A stretch of 10,260 nucleotides of DNA from an uncultured archaeon (GTDB lineage Archaea; Asgardarchaeota; Thorarchaeia; Thorarchaeales; CAZPUN01), in contig CAZPUN010000051.1 of the NCBI GenBank assembly GCA_964589775.1, forward strand, positions 1 through 10,260, read 5' to 3'. Positions within the stretch are counted from its first letter, which is position 1; each line of letters opens with the position of its first letter. The notes beneath the pieces were generated by a model. That model was not told the origin of the DNA, did not search any database, and saw only the letters and a list, made by a program, of their open reading frames with translations. The position numbers and the translations under genes were made by a program. This document shows positions 7,036-10,260 of the stretch, one piece after another.

Positions 7036-8346
7036 TTACATATGGATATTTGCAGTTTCAGGTATTTCCCCAAATACTTTCTTTGATGCTTTCATAACGT
7101 CCAATCGGTACTGGGGCAATGTAAATACCCTAATAATATCCAAATAACCTTGCATTACTTTTGCAATACTTGAATAATCAGAAAACTTGGCATGCTCTTT
7201 AGTATCCAGCACTCTAAAAATTGGGATTTCAAATGGATTTTCTTGATATGGATTATAAGGGATCATAGGTAATGTAGGAATATCAATCCAAATAAATTCA
7301 GCAGGAACATGAGCAGTTTCAGCAATTTTTATTTGTAACATTTCTTTTGTTTTTTCATCTGCCAAAATTTTGGAAATAAACTTATCCGCAGTCTCAATAA
7401 CTTTTTGAAATGCAGGCTTATATAAATGCCTTTTTCTTAGTTTTAAGAATATATTAAAAGCTTTTTTACCGATACTCGACGTATCATTTTTCAGGCTTTT
7501 TGCAAGAGATAATACATATTCATCATCTAGTAATGAATATTCATCAGGTATTTTATAGCTTGTCAAAGAAAATATCTCTTCAAGATATTCTAAGAGTTCA
7601 ACTAACATAATCTCAACAGCACGAACTGTTTTATGATAATAAACATTAAAAAATAGTTCATATCGCGCAACAAGAAAGGATTCTATAGCCCCTTTTGCCT
7701 TTAAATTAAAATGAATTATATAATTATCTTCATTTATTTCAGAATTTATAATTAAACGATGGGTATCAATTAATCCATATTCAACCCCACAATAATGTGA
7801 ATCACGGGCTAGATAATCCATTTTGTCAGAATCAATTTGACCCGCAACAATACTACTAATAACACCATCAAGGGAACCATGTAGTTGCCCAGTAGCAATC
7901 TTTCCAATTTTTGTAGAGGAATAACCTGCATCGGATAAAATATCATGAATTTCACTATTTCTAATAAATTTACGAGTGACTTCTTCATGATTTATTTTTC
8001 TTTTTGGAATTAACAGATCTTCAAATACATGGCTAAAAGGTCCATGCCCAACATCATGAAGAAGAGCAGAAAGCCTAGCTAATTCGCAAAGATTATCATT
8101 TTGTTTACCCTTAAAAAGATAGGAACACCACAAATCAGCTATATACATAGCCCCAATAGAATGCCCAAAACGCGAATGCTCTGCGGAGGGGTATACCCAA
8201 TTAGCGCCAGATAACTGTTTAATTCGTTTTAATCGCTGGAATGTTGGCGTCATTATAATGGAATATATAAGATCATCTACAATAAATATTCCATGTATTG
8301 GATCAACAATTCTATTTGGCAAGTAGTCCATTATTACCAAATCCAT
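7036..8346 (-). CDS. HD-domain phosphohydrolase, SAMHD1-like/COG1078 dNTP triphosphohydrolase family
   Basis: Motifs DPIHG, FQRLKRIKQL, YPSAEHSRFGHSIG, LLHDVGHGPFSH, IDSDKMDYLARD and VYYHKTVR. The H..HD..D metal ligands are intact. An alternative start is the ATG at 8331. Confidence 0.9.
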   Translation of the reverse strand: MDLVIMDYLPNRIVDPIHGIFIVDDLIYSIIMTPTFQRLKRIKQLSGANWVYPSAEHSRFGHSIGAMYIADLWCSYLFKGKQNDNLCELARLSALLHDVGHGPFSHVFEDLLIPKRKINHEEVTRKFIRNSEIHDILSDAGYSSTKIGKIATGQLHGSLDGVISSIVAGQIDSDKMDYLARDSHYCGVEYGLIDTHRLIINSEINEDNYIIHFNLKAKGAIESFLVARYELFFNVYYHKTVRAVEIMLVELLEYLEEIFSLTSYKIPDEYSLLDDEYVLSLAKSLKNDTSSIGKKAFNIFLKLRKRHLYKPAFQKVIETADKFISKILADEKTKEMLQIKIAETAHVPAEFIWIDIPTLPMIPYNPYQENPFEIPIFRVLDTKEHAKFSDYSSIAKVMQGYLDIIRVFTLPQYRLDVMKASKKVFGEIPETANIHM

Positions 8347-8374
8347 AATGATTTACATATAATTTCTTGATTTT

Positions 8375-8962
8375 TTATTTTATTAATGGAAGTATATATG
8401 AAATAATTGATTTAAATACTTCATCAATTGACAATGTTCCATCAACAATAAAATAGTTGTTCATTGTTTTAATATACTTCAAGTAATTTTCACGCACCTT
8501 TAATAGGGTTGAGAATTCTTCAAATAATTCATGCCCCTTACGAGATGTATCAATGCGTTTTAATGCAACATCGGGAGGTACATCGATCAATATTGTAATA
8601 TCTGCCGCACGTATGTTTTGATTGATAGTACGGATCCAATCGGGAGAACAATCTATACTTTGATACGCAAGTGAGGACAAAATATAACGGTCCATCAATA
8701 TAATATATCCATCGTTTAAAAATGAATCCAACTGACGAACATGCTCGTAACGATCTGCGGCAAATAGTAAAGCTAATGTATGTTTAGAAATAACATATTC
8801 CTTTTTTAGAGATTTGTGAATTAACATACCGATTGGACTTGTAGTGGGTTCTTTAGTTTTATATACCGGAAAACCAAGATCATAAAAATAATTATATAAT
8901 AGTTCAACTTGTGTAGAACTACCAGCTCCATCTATGCCTTCAATTGCAATTAAATAACCCAT
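8375..8962 (-). CDS. tmk: Thymidylate (dTMP) kinase
   Basis: Motifs IAIEGIDGAGSSTQ, TKEPT, LLFAADRYEH, MDRYILSSLAYQ, DVPPDVALKRI and ELFE. SD GAGGT at 8976-8972. Confidence 0.93.
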   Translation of the reverse strand: MGYLIAIEGIDGAGSSTQVELLYNYFYDLGFPVYKTKEPTTSPIGMLIHKSLKKEYVISKHTLALLFAADRYEHVRQLDSFLNDGYIILMDRYILSSLAYQSIDCSPDWIRTINQNIRAADITILIDVPPDVALKRIDTSRKGHELFEEFSTLLKVRENYLKYIKTMNNYFIVDGTLSIDEVFKSIISYILPLIK

Positions 8963-9066
8963 ACTAATATTACCTCACAATTATATTTATCAATTCTAGA
9001 TTTAAAATGGTAAAATAAATAACTTTATCTTTATAGAAATTTCTTGATTTATCGAGGTCGAAATTC
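8963..9066. promoter_or_regulatory. Divergent intergenic promoter region (tmk vs oxidoreductase alpha)
   Basis: A 104-bp very AT-rich spacer between divergent genes. It holds several TATA-like hexamers (TTTAAA near 9001, TTTATA near 9030) and a GAGGT SD for each gene (9054-9058 on +, 8976-8972 on -). The exact boxes cannot be assigned. Confidence 0.55.
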
Positions 9067-10203
9067 ATGAATGAAGTGAAATTTTGGCAAGGAAATAAAG
9101 CATGCGCATATGCGGCAATACATGCAGGTTGCACATTTTTTGCGGGTTATCCCATAACTCCTGCATCAGAAATTGCTGAACAACTATCAAAATTATTACC
9201 CACTGTAAACGGAAACTTCATACAAATGGAAGATGAAATAGGAGCCATTTCGGCAATAATCGGCTCTGCGTGGGGTGGCGCAAGGGCAATGACCGCAACA
9301 TCAGGTCCTGGTTTTAGTCTTATGCAGGAGGGCATATCTTATGCAATAATGACCGAAACTCCAATTGTCATTGTTGATGTTCAAAGAACAGGTCCTAGTA
9401 CAGGCCAGGCTACAAAGACAGCACAAGGAGATTTTATGCAAGCAAGATGGGGAAACCATGGAGATCATTCAATAATCGTACTATCACCGAATTCAGTCCA
9501 AGAGTTTTATGATATGACAATTAGAGCATTCGACCTCTCAGAAAAATATAGAACACCTGTAATAATATTATCAGATGAAACTGTTTCACATTCACGCGAA
9601 AAAGTGATTATAAATAATTCAAATATTACTGTAAAGAGATATCTACCAAAGAAACATCCAGCACCAGCATTTTCTAATGAATGGCAAGATGGACACAGAA
9701 TATTTCCTAACTTTGGTAATGGCGATAACTTGCTGGTCACAGGTTCGACACATGATGAGTGGGGACGAAGAAAAACATCAGATCCTGAAACCCACAGAGC
9801 ATTAATGAAAAGGATAATGTCAAAAATATTTGATAATCTTGATGACATTTTTGATTTTGAGATACGTCAAGACGAAGACCCAGAAATTGGGTTCGTTTCA
9901 TTTGGCAGTACTTCGCGTTCTGTATACGAAGCAGCAGATTTTCTTAGAAATAATAAAAAATTAAAAATTCGGGAAATAAGATTAAAAACCGTCTGGCCAA
10001 TAGATGACCAGAAATTAAAAGATGCATTAAAGCCTCTAAAATATATTTTTGTTCCAGAATTGAATTTGGGACAACTAAAGTATGATATCGAACGACTTGC
10101 AAATAAGAATAGCAAAATAATACCAATAAATAAAATTGGTGGAGGAGAATTAATAACACCTGAAGAGATCATTTCCAAAGTTTTAGAGACTATATCCATA
10201 TAA
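9067..10203 (+). CDS. korA: 2-oxoacid:ferredoxin oxidoreductase alpha subunit (KorA/OorA-like, without fused gamma domain)
   Basis: Motifs QGNKACA, FFAGYPITPASEI, QMEDEIGA, TATSGPGFSLMQE, VQRTGPSTG, QARWGNHGD, GSTHDEWG and PELNLGQ. Substrate specificity cannot be determined from sequence. Confidence 0.88.
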   Translation: MNEVKFWQGNKACAYAAIHAGCTFFAGYPITPASEIAEQLSKLLPTVNGNFIQMEDEIGAISAIIGSAWGGARAMTATSGPGFSLMQEGISYAIMTETPIVIVDVQRTGPSTGQATKTAQGDFMQARWGNHGDHSIIVLSPNSVQEFYDMTIRAFDLSEKYRTPVIILSDETVSHSREKVIINNSNITVKRYLPKKHPAPAFSNEWQDGHRIFPNFGNGDNLLVTGSTHDEWGRRKTSDPETHRALMKRIMSKIFDNLDDIFDFEIRQDEDPEIGFVSFGSTSRSVYEAADFLRNNKKLKIREIRLKTVWPIDDQKLKDALKPLKYIFVPELNLGQLKYDIERLANKNSKIIPINKIGGGELITPEEIISKVLETISI

Positions 10204-10260
10204 GGATTAGTCTCTTTGATTTTTGTAAAATTAAAATGTTCTACATAAAACAGCACTTTT

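Noticed and set aside
9147-10256. Minus-strand ORFs 9147-9335, 9507-9848, 9867-10256 and 9944-10159
   Set aside because: Antisense to the well-conserved oxidoreductase alpha gene, with no independent support.
1-10260. tRNA/rRNA genes, CRISPR arrays, IS elements, inteins
   Set aside because: Intergenic spaces are 104 bp or less and AT-rich. No repeat-spacer periodicity, transposase or intein motifs were seen.

Overview
AT-rich archaeal chromosomal segment (roughly 30% GC by eye). The gene content, GGAGG/GGTGA/GAGGT Shine-Dalgarno motifs and TTTATATA boxes point to an archaeon, and the roadblock/GTPase/DENN-like content suggests Asgard (inference). A co-oriented minus-strand run reads tmk > SAMHD1-like HD dNTPase > tandem Roadblock/LC7 protein > unknown 284-aa protein resembling the DENN core > MglA-family small GTPase > pyrG > nurA > herA. 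It converges on the 3' end of RNase HII, which has an apparent frameshift at the window edge, and diverges from a 2-oxoacid:ferredoxin oxidoreductase alpha subunit. The best candidate for a novel system is the tightly coupled three-gene module at 4611-6971 (double-roadblock + DENN-core-like + MglA GTPase), a possible prokaryotic counterpart of eukaryotic roadblock/DENN GTPase regulators. It is preceded by a ~50-nt imperfect hairpin (6971-7021) that would bury its ribosome-binding site in read-through transcripts but not in transcripts from a putative internal TATA promoter. No RNA genes, CRISPR arrays or mobile elements were seen. All family assignments come from motif recognition by eye; no searches were run.
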